A stretch of DNA of 56,180 nucleotides from Armatimonadota bacterium (GCA_015486155.1 WFSF01000202.1:1-56180), one strand, 5' to 3'; numbered from the stretch's first letter, positions 1 through 9,914 are shown. Numbers and translations are program-made. Notes: generated by a model not told the origin, from the sequence alone.

Positions 1-1119
1 CAGACCCCCCAGCACGCCCCAAACCGCGGTGCGGTGCGGAAGCATCTCATCCGCGCCGGTCGGCCCCGAGCGCGTGAAGGCCCTCCTCAACACCTCTTTC
101 AAGTGAGGCAGGGCCACCGCCCCCAGATAGATCACCAGCATGAAGTAGGCGCCCATCGTCTGATAGTCCACATAGCCGTCGCCGCTGCCGTGCGGGGTGC
201 TGATGGGGGGGAAGGCGAGGAGGGAAAACATCACGTCCTGCAACTTCGCGAGCACGTGGAAAAACCAGAAGCTGAATAGGAGTTCCGTGGGGAGCAGATA
301 GAAGAACCCCACCGCACCGAGGGAGAGATACGCGTGGAAAAAGGTCACGTCCGACCAGGGCCGCGCGGATCCCAGCATCGCGTTCAGGTCGATGTCCACC
401 TTCACGGCAGGGAGCGCCGGGTAGATGCCGTGCAGGCCGTTGAGGGCGAAGATGGCGGTGGGGAGAGCAAATCCCACCCAGGTGAGCGGATTGCTGAAAA
501 AAGACCGGCCCCGTTGCTCGCGTATCATCTCCAGGGGCAGCTGCACCAGCGGATAGGAGAGACGCTCGCTGTCCTGCCATTGCCGGCGGAGGATGGCGGA
601 CAGAGAGAGGAAGACCAGATACACGGCTCCTATCAGCAGCAGCCAGTTGGCCAGCGGACGCAGCCACAGGTCCCACGGAATCCGCTGTCCCGCCTGCAGC
701 CCCTCATAGAACGCGCTCGCGACGAACTGATGGGCGCCTCCGCTGACATCCCACGGGACCAGCCGCTGCGGGATGTTGGCGAAGAAGAATTCCTCCCACC
801 GGTTGCCTGGGTTGGCGAAGTAGTTGACGCCGACCAGGGTGGGCAGAAGGTCCTCCATCAACCCGCGCGAGGCGACCATGGAGGCGATCAGCATCATGCA
901 GTAGATGACGACGAGTTCGGCCGGGCGCAACGCCAGCCGCGGGGCCAGGCGTTTCAGTCCCTTGGTGAACAACACCAGCACGAACAGCGCCGCCACCACC
1001 ACCGGAGGCAACTGGAGGAATCCGATCATGATCTGGCCGGTCACCAGCTCCGCCCAGGCCACGATCAAAATCACCAGGACGATACACACTACTCCTATCA
1101 GTACTGACCGAAGGGTCAT
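1..1119 (-). CDS. Polytopic integral membrane protein, C-terminus cut by window edge (resembles DUF6785-type membrane proteins)
   Basis: Absent from the ORF track because it has no stop inside the window. Hand translation of the minus strand from ATG 1119..1117 gives MTLRSVLIGVVCIVLVILIVAWAELVTGQIMIGFLQLPPVVVAALFVLVLF... It stays open for all 373 codons to base 1 and contains many hydrophobic helices. Track ORFs 34..279, 47..676, 334..1107 and 704..1321 are R/P/G-rich shadows of it. The family name is from memory only. Confidence 0.7.
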   Translation of the reverse strand, partial: MTLRSVLIGVVCIVLVILIVAWAELVTGQIMIGFLQLPPVVVAALFVLVLFTKGLKRLAPRLALRPAELVVIYCMMLIASMVASRGLMEDLLPTLVGVNYFANPGNRWEEFFFANIPQRLVPWDVSGGAHQFVASAFYEGLQAGQRIPWDLWLRPLANWLLLIGAVYLVFLSLSAILRRQWQDSERLSYPLVQLPLEMIREQRGRSFFSNPLTWVGFALPTAIFALNGLHGIYPALPAVKVDIDLNAMLGSARPWSDVTFFHAYLSLGAVGFFYLLPTELLFSFWFFHVLAKLQDVMFSLLAFPPISTPHGSGDGYVDYQTMGAYFMLVIYLGAVALPHLKEVLRRAFTRSGPTGADEMLPHRTAVWGVLGGL

Positions 1120-1218
1120 CCTTCGCGGCTTCCTCTCGCCTTACAACAAGCATACTATCTCTTTGCCAAAGTTCGGCTGAGTGCCTGCCGCCACCCTTCA
1201 CTTTTGCAGAAATCCGCC

Positions 1219-1246
1219 TTGACTTTCTTCGCGCCTGCTCTATATG
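1219..1246 (+). promoter_or_regulatory. sigma70-like promoter candidate for the CN-hydrolase gene
   Basis: TTGACT (1219-1224), a 16-nt spacer, then TATATG (1241-1246), in the divergent intergenic region. A GGGAGGT Shine-Dalgarno lies just upstream of ATG 1436. Confidence 0.35.
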
Positions 1247-1435
1247 ATTCGCCTGTGCGTATCTTTCAGGCGGAGTCTCGTGACTTTCCGACCCATTCTG
1301 GACCACAGAAAACTGCGGCACGGTGAAGCGTTTTTCCCCTTCGAGAGCTTCCTTTCCCCCGCCCGCTCACGCAGCGCGCGCTTCTCGGTGTCGAAATCGG
1401 TCTTTCACCTCGAATAGCGGGAGGTAATCCTGACG

Positions 1436-2374
1436 ATGGCCAACTACGTCAAAGTGAGCACGGTCGCCGCGCCGCCGATCCGGGAGGAGGTGGGAACGGG
1501 CGATGAGGCCGTGCAGAGAGTCATCCATTACTGGAGAGGGCAGATCGCCCAGGTCCTCCCCGACCGGCCCGACCTGATCCTGCTCCCCGAATGCTGCGAC
1601 CGTCCCTCCTCTTTGTCCCTCGAAGACCGGAATGTATACTACCGAAATCGGGGGAGACGGGTGGCGGAGGCGCTGGCGGCCATCGCGAGGGAGAACCACT
1701 GCTACCTCGCCTATCCCCATGTGCGAGACCTGGAGGACGGCTCCCGGCGCAACTCGATCGAGCTTTTCGACCGCGAGGGCCGCTCGCTCGGATACTATGA
1801 CAAGCATTTTCCGGTGATCTCGGAGACGGCGGACGGCAAGGTCCTGCCGGGGGCCGCGGCCCGCATCTTCGACTGTGATTTCGGCCGCGTCGGCGGGGCC
1901 ATCTGTTTCGATCTGAACTTCGACGAGATCCGCTCTCAGTACGCGGCGCTGCGCCCCGATCTGATCCTATTCTCCTCGATGTATCACGGCGGCCTGATGC
2001 AAGGCTACTGGGCCTATAGTTGCCGCGCGCATCTCGTCACGTGCATCGCGGGGCTTCAGAGTGGAGTGATCTCCCCGGTGGGCCACCCCCTCGCGATGAC
2101 GACGAATTACTTCAACCACGTCACCACCACGATCAACCTGGACTGCGCGGTGGCGCATCTCGACGGCAACTGGGACAAACTGGACGCGATGAAGGAGAAA
2201 TACGGCCCTCGCGTGTCCGTATTCGATCCGGGCTATCTCGGCGCGGTGCTCGTCTCCAGCGAGACGGATGAATTCACCGTCCGGCAGGTGGTGGAGGAAT
2301 TCGAGATCGAGCTGCTCGACGACTACTTCGCGCGCTCCATCGCACACGCAAACCGGACGCGGACCACCGCGTAG
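1436..2374 (+). CDS. Carbon-nitrogen hydrolase (nitrilase superfamily) protein
   Basis: 312-aa ORF with a Glu-Lys-Cys triad context: LILLPECCD, YYDKHFP and GGAICFDLNF. A strong SD precedes it. Confidence 0.85.
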   Translation: MANYVKVSTVAAPPIREEVGTGDEAVQRVIHYWRGQIAQVLPDRPDLILLPECCDRPSSLSLEDRNVYYRNRGRRVAEALAAIARENHCYLAYPHVRDLEDGSRRNSIELFDREGRSLGYYDKHFPVISETADGKVLPGAAARIFDCDFGRVGGAICFDLNFDEIRSQYAALRPDLILFSSMYHGGLMQGYWAYSCRAHLVTCIAGLQSGVISPVGHPLAMTTNYFNHVTTTINLDCAVAHLDGNWDKLDAMKEKYGPRVSVFDPGYLGAVLVSSETDEFTVRQVVEEFEIELLDDYFARSIAHANRTRTTA

Positions 2375-2415
2375 CGAAGCCGCTCCTCTCCCCAGCGCGC
2401 CCACGGCCTCCGCGG

Positions 2416-3645
2416 CTAATACTTCGGCCCCTTTGCCGCGAACCAGAGGGTCCCGACGATCCCGAAGATGAAGGCGAACATGAAATTCACTTTCGGGCCC
2501 ATCAACCAGAGGAAGCCGCCGCCGAAGGCCGCCAGGGCCACGATCACATCGCGCAGGAGATAGTAAATCCCGAACATCGCCGCCTTGCGATCCTCCGGGG
2601 AGAGGTCCAGGATCATCGCCTTGCGGGTGGGCTCCCCGAACTCCTTCAGGCCCCGCAGAATGAAGACCGGAACCAGCGCCCAGAAGGAATGCGCGAACAT
2701 CAGCGCCAGGGGGAACAGGGTGAAGAAGACGAAGGTGATGACGATGAACGGCTTCTTGCTGGTCCTGTCCGCGAAGTAGGCCACCGGCACGTAGACCACC
2801 ATCGCGGTCACCATCTCGATGGTGGTCAGCAGGCCGAACTGCACCGCGTTCACCGGGTGGGCGATCACCTTCATGCACCAGATGACGACGAACGCGTAAG
2901 GGATCTGCTCGCAGAACCGGATGAGGATATCGGAGACCAGCAGCCACCGCAGGGGGTGGGACATGTCCCGCAACAATTGCAGAGGGTGGACCTTGGCGGC
3001 GCGTGCGGCGTCGTTTTCCGCTTCCGGCTTGTCCTCCTCGATCAGGGCCTGCTGAATGGGTATGGCGATCGCGGCCGCCAACGCGGCGACCACGAAGGCG
3101 GCCCTCACGCCCGTCTTCTCGCCCCACGCGACAATGAATGCGCCCCCGATCAGCGGCCCCACGGCCATCGGCACCCGTCTCATCATGGAGTGCATGGAGA
3201 CGCCCATGGTGCGCTTTTTCTGCGGCAAGACCCTGGCAATCAGGGAAAGCATGGCCGGGGCCGAGAGCGCCGACCACGAGATGAACAGCACCGCGCCCCC
3301 GATCACCGCCATCCACGATGGGAAGATCACCACGATCAGGAAGCCGACGATGGCGATGCAGTTGAACAGGATCAGCGCGCGCTTGTTGCCGAGGCGGTCG
3401 GAGAGATAGCCGCCGGGGAAGGAGTAGATGGCGGACAGAAAGTTGTCCATTCCATTGAGCAGCGATACGGTGAGCGCGCCTCCGCCCAGCGCCATCAGGT
3501 AGATGGGCAGGAACCGCTCCCCCAGGCGCTCCCCGAGGTCCACCAGCAGCACCACGGACAAGATCGCGACCACGCTGCGCCGGAGCCCCAGCAGATCAAC
3601 CGCCCGGTGAAAGATCCCCTCTTTATTCTCGTTGACTTCACTCAT
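2416..3645 (-). CDS. MFS transporter
   Basis: 409 aa with about 12 hydrophobic segments and MFS motif A-like GGYLSDRLGNKRALI. Confidence 0.85.
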   Translation of the reverse strand: MSEVNENKEGIFHRAVDLLGLRRSVVAILSVVLLVDLGERLGERFLPIYLMALGGGALTVSLLNGMDNFLSAIYSFPGGYLSDRLGNKRALILFNCIAIVGFLIVVIFPSWMAVIGGAVLFISWSALSAPAMLSLIARVLPQKKRTMGVSMHSMMRRVPMAVGPLIGGAFIVAWGEKTGVRAAFVVAALAAAIAIPIQQALIEEDKPEAENDAARAAKVHPLQLLRDMSHPLRWLLVSDILIRFCEQIPYAFVVIWCMKVIAHPVNAVQFGLLTTIEMVTAMVVYVPVAYFADRTSKKPFIVITFVFFTLFPLALMFAHSFWALVPVFILRGLKEFGEPTRKAMILDLSPEDRKAAMFGIYYLLRDVIVALAAFGGGFLWLMGPKVNFMFAFIFGIVGTLWFAAKGPKY

Positions 3646-3704
3646 GTTTTTACACCTTATGTGTCATATGTGCTATCGCGGCGCCCGGGGCCCCGGCCAC
3701 GGTC

Positions 3705-4937
3705 TCAGACATCGCGGCCCTTGAGGGCAAACCACACCGTGCCCAGGATGCCAAAGGCGAAGGCCGAAAGCAGGTTCACGGTGGGGCTGATCATCCACAG
3801 GAACGCTCCCCCGAAGGAGCCCAGAGAGACGACTGCGTCCCGGGCCAAGTAGTAGGCTCCGAATACAGATCCCTTCTGTTCCTCCGAGGCCAGGTCCAAA
3901 ATCAATGCTTTTCGGGTGGGTTCTCCGAATTCCTTCATGCCGCGGAGGATGAAGATCGGCAGCAACATCCAGAACGAATGGCTGAACAGCAACGCGAGCG
4001 GGAACGCGGTGAAGAAGAAGAAGCTGACGAGGATGAAGGGTTTCTTCGCGCTCTGGTCCGCAAAATAGGCCACCGGAATATAGACCAGCATGGCCGTCGC
4101 CATCTCGATGGTGGTGAGCAGGCCGAACTGAACGGCGCTGACCGGGTGGGCGATGACCTTCATGGCCCAGATCACGACGAAGGCGGCCGGGATGTGCCCG
4201 CAAAAGCGGATGAGAATGTCGGAGACGAGCAAGGAGCGCAAAGAGGGCGACATTCCCAGGAGCAAGGTGATGGGCCCACTTTTCAGGCCCCTCCTCCGCG
4301 CCGTCCCCTCGGGGTTCCGGGGTTCCTCCCGGATCAGCACGTGCTGGACGGGGATCGCCAGGAGCGCCATCCCCGCCGCCACCGCGAAGGCGACGCGCAT
4401 CCCCAGCCGCTCCCCCAAGGCGCCGATCAGCGCCCCTCCCAGGAGGGGCCCCACCGCCCTCGGCACCCGCCGGATGAAGGAGTGCATCGAAACCCCCATG
4501 GTGCGCTTCTTCTGGGGGAGGACCCTCGCGATCAGCGTCAACATCGCCGGGGCCGAGATCGCCGACCACGAGATGAACAGCACCGCGCCCCCGATCACCG
4601 CCTGCCAGTAAGGAAAGGCGACCACGACGAGAAAGCCGACGATGGCGATGACATTGAAGATCATCAGCGCGCGCTTGCTGCCGATGCGGTCGGCCATGTA
4701 GCCCCCGGAAAAGGAATACACGGCCGAGAGGACGTTGTCCATCGCGCTCAGCAACCCCACCGAGAGCGCCCCCCCGCCCAGGGCATAGAGGTAGATGGGC
4801 AGGAACCGCTCCCCCATGCGCTCGCCCATATCCACCAACAGCACCACTGACAGCACCGCGACTACGCTGCGGCGCAAACCGAGCAAATCCCTCGCCCGGC
4901 CCAGTATGCTCTCCTTTCTCTCGCTCGCTCCTGTCAT
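3705..4937 (-). CDS. MFS transporter, tandem paralog of 2416..3645
   Basis: The track ORF runs 3705..5123. The paralog alignment starts at MTGASERKESILGRARDLLGLRRSVV (ATG 4937..4935), and the upstream 62 codons are R/G-rich and overlap the mttB-like start region. Same motif GGYMADRIGSKRALM. Confidence 0.85.
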   Translation of the reverse strand: MTGASERKESILGRARDLLGLRRSVVAVLSVVLLVDMGERMGERFLPIYLYALGGGALSVGLLSAMDNVLSAVYSFSGGYMADRIGSKRALMIFNVIAIVGFLVVVAFPYWQAVIGGAVLFISWSAISAPAMLTLIARVLPQKKRTMGVSMHSFIRRVPRAVGPLLGGALIGALGERLGMRVAFAVAAGMALLAIPVQHVLIREEPRNPEGTARRRGLKSGPITLLLGMSPSLRSLLVSDILIRFCGHIPAAFVVIWAMKVIAHPVSAVQFGLLTTIEMATAMLVYIPVAYFADQSAKKPFILVSFFFFTAFPLALLFSHSFWMLLPIFILRGMKEFGEPTRKALILDLASEEQKGSVFGAYYLARDAVVSLGSFGGAFLWMISPTVNLLSAFAFGILGTVWFALKGRDV

Positions 4938-5036
4938 GTGTGCTGCGTCCTTTCTGCTCTGTCGCCCGCATACCCTGCGAATGCAGAGGTTCCGCCTCCA
5001 CCGCCACCGAATCCCCTTCCCGGAGGACGGCGGCCG

Positions 5037-6443
5037 ATGGAAATGCTCACCGCGGAGCAAATCGCCGAGATCAACCGCTCCAGTCTCTCCCTGCTGGAGA
5101 CCGTGGGCGTGAAGGTGGATCACGCCGGTGTGCTGGATTCACTTCTGAAGGCCGGGGCGAAGGAACGAGACGGCCGAGTGCTCATCCCGGCCGCACTGGT
5201 GCGCGAGTGCGTCGCCCGCGCCCCCCGCAATCTCCGCCTCGCCGACCGGCGCGGGGGCCGCGTCGAGGTCGGCGCGGACGGAGGCACCGTATTCTGGGGA
5301 GGCAATGCCCTCTGCATCGCACGGGGGCGCGCGCGCCGCGAGATGGAATCCCAGGATCTCGCGCAATTCACCCGCCTGCTCGACGCGCTCGAACACGTCC
5401 ACGGGGTCGTGGGTGCCAGCCTGGCGGACTACCCCCCACAGGTGCGCGATTTCGTCGGCTTCCGCATCCTCGCCGAAAACTCCACCAAACACCTGCGCCC
5501 GGTTATCTTTTCGCCCGATGGCCCGGAGACGATCCTCGAGATGGCCGAGGCGCTTTCCGACGGCGCCTCCCTGTCGGAAAGCCCCATCGTCTCCTTCGGC
5601 TACTCGATCGTCAGCCCGATGCATTGGACTTCCAGCGCGCTGGAATTGTTCCTTCGCACCTCCGGCCGGGGCCTCCCGATGATGGTGAACGCCGAGCCAT
5701 TGGCAGGTGGAACCGCCCCCGTAACCCTCGCCGGAATGCTCACCCAGGCGAACGCGGAGGCGCTCTCCGGCCTCGTCATCCTGCAGGTGCTGGAGCCGGG
5801 CCGGCCCTGTGTCTTCAACCTCGGGTTCGCCCACATGCTCGACATGCGGTCCGCCCTCGCCACCAGCGGGGCCGTTCAGGACGCACTGGCGGCCGCCGCG
5901 GGCGCGCAGCTCGCGCGCTGGCACGGCCTGCCGTCGGCCTCCTGGATCAGCTCGGACAACTCGATCTGTGACGAGCAGTCCGCCCTGGAGAAATCCACGA
6001 CCTGTCTGCTCCACGCGCTCGCGGGGGTGAACATCATCTGGGGCATCGGGCAGCTCGAAACCGAGTTCACCCTCTCGCCCGAGCAGGCGGTGCTGGACAA
6101 CGAACTGGCGGGCATCTGCCTGCGCGCCCAGCGCGGCATCGAGGTGTCCGCCGAGACCATCGCCCTGGGCGTGATCGAGGAGTGCGCTCTCACCGGCGAC
6201 TTCCTGGCGCACGACCACACCCTCTCGCACTTCCGGGAGGAGCTCGCCAGAAGCGACCTCACCTCTCCTCAGCGCAGGGAGGATTGGCTCGCCTCCGGCG
6301 CTCCCACCCTCGGCGACCGGCTGCGCGCGCGCGTCGAGGAGCTGCTCTCTCACCCCCGGGAGCCGGCGGTTACCCCCGAGCAGAGCGCGGAGTTGCGGAA
6401 GATAGAGGAGAGGTGGATCAAGAGGTTGGAGGCGGAGACATGA
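5037..6443 (+). CDS. MttB-family (trimethylamine methyltransferase-like) protein, non-pyrrolysine type
   Basis: Start chosen at MEMLTAEQIAEINRSSLSLLETVGVKV (ATG 5037), which is the typical MttB-family N-terminus. About 468 aa, uninterrupted, with no in-frame TAG. Confidence 0.8.
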   Translation: MEMLTAEQIAEINRSSLSLLETVGVKVDHAGVLDSLLKAGAKERDGRVLIPAALVRECVARAPRNLRLADRRGGRVEVGADGGTVFWGGNALCIARGRARREMESQDLAQFTRLLDALEHVHGVVGASLADYPPQVRDFVGFRILAENSTKHLRPVIFSPDGPETILEMAEALSDGASLSESPIVSFGYSIVSPMHWTSSALELFLRTSGRGLPMMVNAEPLAGGTAPVTLAGMLTQANAEALSGLVILQVLEPGRPCVFNLGFAHMLDMRSALATSGAVQDALAAAAGAQLARWHGLPSASWISSDNSICDEQSALEKSTTCLLHALAGVNIIWGIGQLETEFTLSPEQAVLDNELAGICLRAQRGIEVSAETIALGVIEECALTGDFLAHDHTLSHFREELARSDLTSPQRREDWLASGAPTLGDRLRARVEELLSHPREPAVTPEQSAELRKIEERWIKRLEAET

Positions 6444-7177
6444 CGCCGGATTGCGACCATTCGCTTCACTCAACGCGGCCGGACTCCGTGCAGGTCTTCG
6501 ACCGCCTGGCCGAGCGGTATGACGCATGGTTCGAATCCGAGGAGGGAAGGGCCATCTTCGGGGTGGAGGCCGCCTGCGTGCGTGAGGCGATGGCGGGCGG
6601 GCGCGGGCGTTGGCTGGAGGTGGGAGTAGGGACGGGCCGCTTCGCCCAGGCCCTGGGGGTTCGAGATGGGGTCGATCCCTCGCGCGCGGTGCTCGAATAT
6701 GCCCGCGGCCGGGGCATCCGAACCGCGGTCGGGTTTGCCGAGCGCCTCCCCTATCTGGATGCGGCATTCGACGGCGTGGTCATGGTGGTGACCATTTGCT
6801 TCGTATCCGACGCAGGCCGCGCTCTGAGGGAGTGCGCACGCGTGCTCAAGCCGGGAGGCAAGCTGGTGGTCGGACTCGTGCCCGCAGACAGCCCCTGGGG
6901 ACGGAGCTACGCAGAGAAAGGCCGCTCCGGGCATCCGTTCTACTCGGCCGCGAGATTTTACACCTGCGAGGAAATTACGCGCCTGGCGCGAGAAGCAGGC
7001 TTCAAGGAAGCAGGGGCGAAAAGTTGCCTGTTCGATCCGCCCGGCGCGACGCCCGCGGATATTTCCACGCGGCCCGGCATCGTATCGGGCGCGGGGTTCG
7101 CAGCCTTGGCATTCGTAAAAGCAGACCGGAGAGGTGTTGACCTCTCCCGGAGCGCAACTCAGACCCCCGAGGGATAA
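6440..7177 (+). CDS. Class I SAM-dependent methyltransferase
   Basis: ATG 6440 overlaps the mttB-like TGA (ATGA overlap). Motif I is LEVGVGTGRF. The post-I and motif III regions are VLKPGGKLVVG. The track ORF start at 6182 is an off-frame extension. Confidence 0.8.
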   Translation: MTPDCDHSLHSTRPDSVQVFDRLAERYDAWFESEEGRAIFGVEAACVREAMAGGRGRWLEVGVGTGRFAQALGVRDGVDPSRAVLEYARGRGIRTAVGFAERLPYLDAAFDGVVMVVTICFVSDAGRALRECARVLKPGGKLVVGLVPADSPWGRSYAEKGRSGHPFYSAARFYTCEEITRLAREAGFKEAGAKSCLFDPPGATPADISTRPGIVSGAGFAALAFVKADRRGVDLSRSATQTPEG

Positions 7178-7312
7178 TTCGCCCCGATTGCCACGACCAA
7201 AGCTCCCATCCCCAAGGGGGTGACGGTGAAGATCTGCGGCACATGCCAGGCGCGATGCGGTCTCCACAAGGGCAGGCCGCTACAATTGCTCCCAGGTCGG
7301 AGAGCGTACAGG

Positions 7313-8383
7313 TTATCTTCCTATCACCCAGTAGAGCCCCATCCCCGCCGACAGCATCACGAGGCCGAGGCCGACGAACTTGATGGTGAAGGACATCACG
7401 TCCTTGCGCTCCCGATTACGGGACACGTAGAACCGGTACGCGATCAGGTTGGCGAGGGAGGCGACCAGACTGCCGAAGCCCCCAGTATTCGTCCCCCACA
7501 AGAGCGCCTTCCAGTGGACCGTCTGCTTGGCCAGCAGCACGGCCGCGGGGACATTGCTGATGAGCTGACTGGAGAGCGCGGAAAGCAAGAAAACGTGTCC
7601 GGCGTGCTCCAGCCTGGAGCCGAGCAGAACCCTCACATTCTCGCTGAGGCCGAACAGGCAGAGAAAGGTCGCGAGCAACAGGTAGTCCACTCGCAGGGAT
7701 TTGCGGTCGAAGAGTGCTGCATATGCCGGCACCAACGCGCCGGCCGCCAGCGGCGCGAGGCGCAAGATGACGGCCGCCACCAGGGCCGTCATCCCCACGT
7801 GGACATAGGCGGAACGCGCGACTTCCTCGCGGCGCTCGCGCAAACCACCGCCCCGATTTCCCATCCATAGGGCGGCCGGCGCGAGTATCAGCAGGAAGAA
7901 GGCCGAGAAGGGCGCGATGGCGGTGAAAAATGCCCACGGATCGATGTGGTAAAACCAGTAGATGTACAGATTCTGAGGATTGCCGAACGGCGTCAAGGCC
8001 GATCCCGCATTGGCCGCGAACGCCTCCAGGATGACCAGCAGATCCTTCCTGACGCTGTCGAGCGACAGCGTCAGCGGAACCAGGACCACCAGCGCCACGT
8101 CATTGGTCACCAGCATGGACAGGAGGAAGGTAGCCGCCACCAGTTTCAACGGCAACAGGCGGCCGCTTCCGATCCTGCTGGACCATCGCGCCACCAGCCC
8201 GCTCGTCTGCAGCCCTTTGACGCTCACCAGCAGGAGCCACAGAAGAAACAGCACCTCGATTTCAGAGCCGGTCAGCCGCGGCGATTTCTTCAGGTAGAGC
8301 GAGGTCGCGGCGAGCCCGACAAACACAGCGGACAGCAGCCACTCCCGAAACAGGAAGTCGAAGACCGACCTGCCGTATTTCAC
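7313..8383 (-). CDS. ArsB/NhaD (CitMHS-like) anion permease family protein
   Basis: 356 aa, polytopic, with ANAGSALTPFGNPQNL, a motif typical of this permease superfamily. Confidence 0.7.
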   Translation of the reverse strand: MKYGRSVFDFLFREWLLSAVFVGLAATSLYLKKSPRLTGSEIEVLFLLWLLLVSVKGLQTSGLVARWSSRIGSGRLLPLKLVAATFLLSMLVTNDVALVVLVPLTLSLDSVRKDLLVILEAFAANAGSALTPFGNPQNLYIYWFYHIDPWAFFTAIAPFSAFFLLILAPAALWMGNRGGGLRERREEVARSAYVHVGMTALVAAVILRLAPLAAGALVPAYAALFDRKSLRVDYLLLATFLCLFGLSENVRVLLGSRLEHAGHVFLLSALSSQLISNVPAAVLLAKQTVHWKALLWGTNTGGFGSLVASLANLIAYRFYVSRNRERKDVMSFTIKFVGLGLVMLSAGMGLYWVIGR

Positions 8384-8402
8384 CGTCTAGTTCCGTTCGG
8401 TC

Positions 8403-9914
8403 TCACTTTGCCGTCCGCGCCCCCACATACTCATACGCCCCGATGTCGTAGCCCGCTCCTTGCGGCCGCGGGCGGCCGTCGGCATCATCGCGGGGCGCTG
8501 AACCCGCCGCGCCGGCGTCAATGCACGGCGACCCCTTCGCAAGATGAAAATCGTGTTTGTTCGCGTCGACGAAGCGGGGATCAGCCGCCAGAGACGAGGC
8601 ATCCTTGCCCTGCTCCGTCTGGTACTTCGAGAACGCGTCCACCGAATACTCGTGCCAGTTCCAGCCCGGCGCGCCGTGGAGTTTGACGACATTCCCGAAC
8701 CGCTGATAGTAGACATTGTGGTCCAGCGTTACGTTGTCCCACCGCTCCTGATTGTACCAGTTGTCCTTGAAGAGACACTGGTTTCTCGATATGTAGAAGA
8801 TGTTGTTGGTGATGCGGAAATCCTTCACCGAGGCGGTGCTCGACCCCAACCTCACGTGACAAGCGTTCTTGTTCGGGCGCTGGGTATATCCCCACTCGTA
8901 GCCCGCGAAGGCGCACGTGTTGTGGTCGAAGACGATGTTCCTGACCGACGCGCTCTCCGGCCGGTCGAAGAACTCGAAGGAGTAGGTGCAGTTCCAGATG
9001 ACGTTGTTCCGGTAGGTGATGTTGTACTGCTCCGCCCCGGCCTCCGTGTTCTGATTGGTCACCCCTGAATCGTAGATCTCCCAGATTCGATTGCCCTCGA
9101 CGAGGCAGTCGTGGTTCGCCGCCCAGAACTCGATGGCATTTCCGTAGCGCACGGTCGCGTCTCCGCCGTACTGGTCCCCACCCCCGATCCAGGACAGCTC
9201 ACACCCGCGGATGATTATGTGGTGTGAATTGACGATGCTGATTCCGTGAGAGCCGCCGTACTTCAGCGCCAGGTCCTCGATGACTACATATCCGGCATTG
9301 TCCACCACGATTATCGCCGCATGTCTTCTCGTCAGCGCGCACTCGATATCGCGGTAGCGCGCGCCCGGATTCCCGACCGAATAGAGTTTGAGGACCGCGT
9401 TCTGCTCGTCATACCAGAAATCGCCCTGCGTATGGAGTTCCTCTTCGTCCCACTTCTTCACTCCGACCGACTGCTCATGATTGAAGATTATGTTCCCCAC
9501 GTCCATTTTCTCTTCAATCGGGGTGACCCAGATGTTGCCGCCCTCGCTGGCCCAGTCCGAGGCGGCGCTCTTGTTCACCGAACCAAGCAACAGCGGCTTC
9601 GGTCCCTTGCCATACGCCCCATATGTAACGCGGGCGCCTTCCTTACCGGATTTCACATTCAGCCGGCCGCGCCATGTCTCCCCGCGCTTGAACAGCACCG
9701 TGTCGCCCGGCTTCAGGGAAGCGTCGTTTACCCTGTCCAGCGTCCGCCACGCGGCGGCCGGCGAGAGGCCGTCATTGGAGTCGCGGCCCCTGCCGGCGTC
9801 CACATAATACGTCGCCGCCCTCACGGGGAGCGCGCACAGCATGACGGCCGACAAGGCCGCCAATGTGAACACCACCGAATGGAGGATCCCGAACCCTGCC
9901 CGGAACGTCGTCAT
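8403..9914 (-). CDS. Secreted right-handed parallel beta-helix (pectate-lyase fold) protein
   Basis: Start set at MTTFRAGFGILHSVVFTLAALSAVMLCALPVRA-ATYYVD (signal peptide, ATG 9914..9912). Repeated beta-helix turns (GNRIWEIYDSGVTNQ and others) and the C-terminal DFHLAKGSPCIDAGA motif are present. The upstream 106 codons of the track ORF look non-coding. Confidence 0.75.
   Translation of the reverse strand: MTTFRAGFGILHSVVFTLAALSAVMLCALPVRAATYYVDAGRGRDSNDGLSPAAAWRTLDRVNDASLKPGDTVLFKRGETWRGRLNVKSGKEGARVTYGAYGKGPKPLLLGSVNKSAASDWASEGGNIWVTPIEEKMDVGNIIFNHEQSVGVKKWDEEELHTQGDFWYDEQNAVLKLYSVGNPGARYRDIECALTRRHAAIIVVDNAGYVVIEDLALKYGGSHGISIVNSHHIIIRGCELSWIGGGDQYGGDATVRYGNAIEFWAANHDCLVEGNRIWEIYDSGVTNQNTEAGAEQYNITYRNNVIWNCTYSFEFFDRPESASVRNIVFDHNTCAFAGYEWGYTQRPNKNACHVRLGSSTASVKDFRITNNIFYISRNQCLFKDNWYNQERWDNVTLDHNVYYQRFGNVVKLHGAPGWNWHEYSVDAFSKYQTEQGKDASSLAADPRFVDANKHDFHLAKGSPCIDAGAAGSAPRDDADGRPRPQGAGYDIGAYEYVGARTAK

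Noticed and set aside
3705-5123. 472-aa version of the second MFS gene
   Set aside because: The N-terminal 62 codons have no counterpart in the paralog and overlap the mttB-like upstream region. The internal ATG at 4937 restores a colinear alignment.
5037-6443. Pyrrolysine-containing MttB
   Set aside because: The reading frame is continuous with no in-frame amber codon, and no pyl genes are in the window.
1967-6767. Very long ORFs overlapping the MFS and MttB genes (1967..3316 -, 2689..3852 +, 3673..5007 -, 4940..5971 +, 5139..6767 -)
   Set aside because: They are Arg/Pro/Gly/His-rich and low-complexity, with no motifs, and each is the off-frame or antisense shadow of a well-supported gene. 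This is typical of high-GC DNA.
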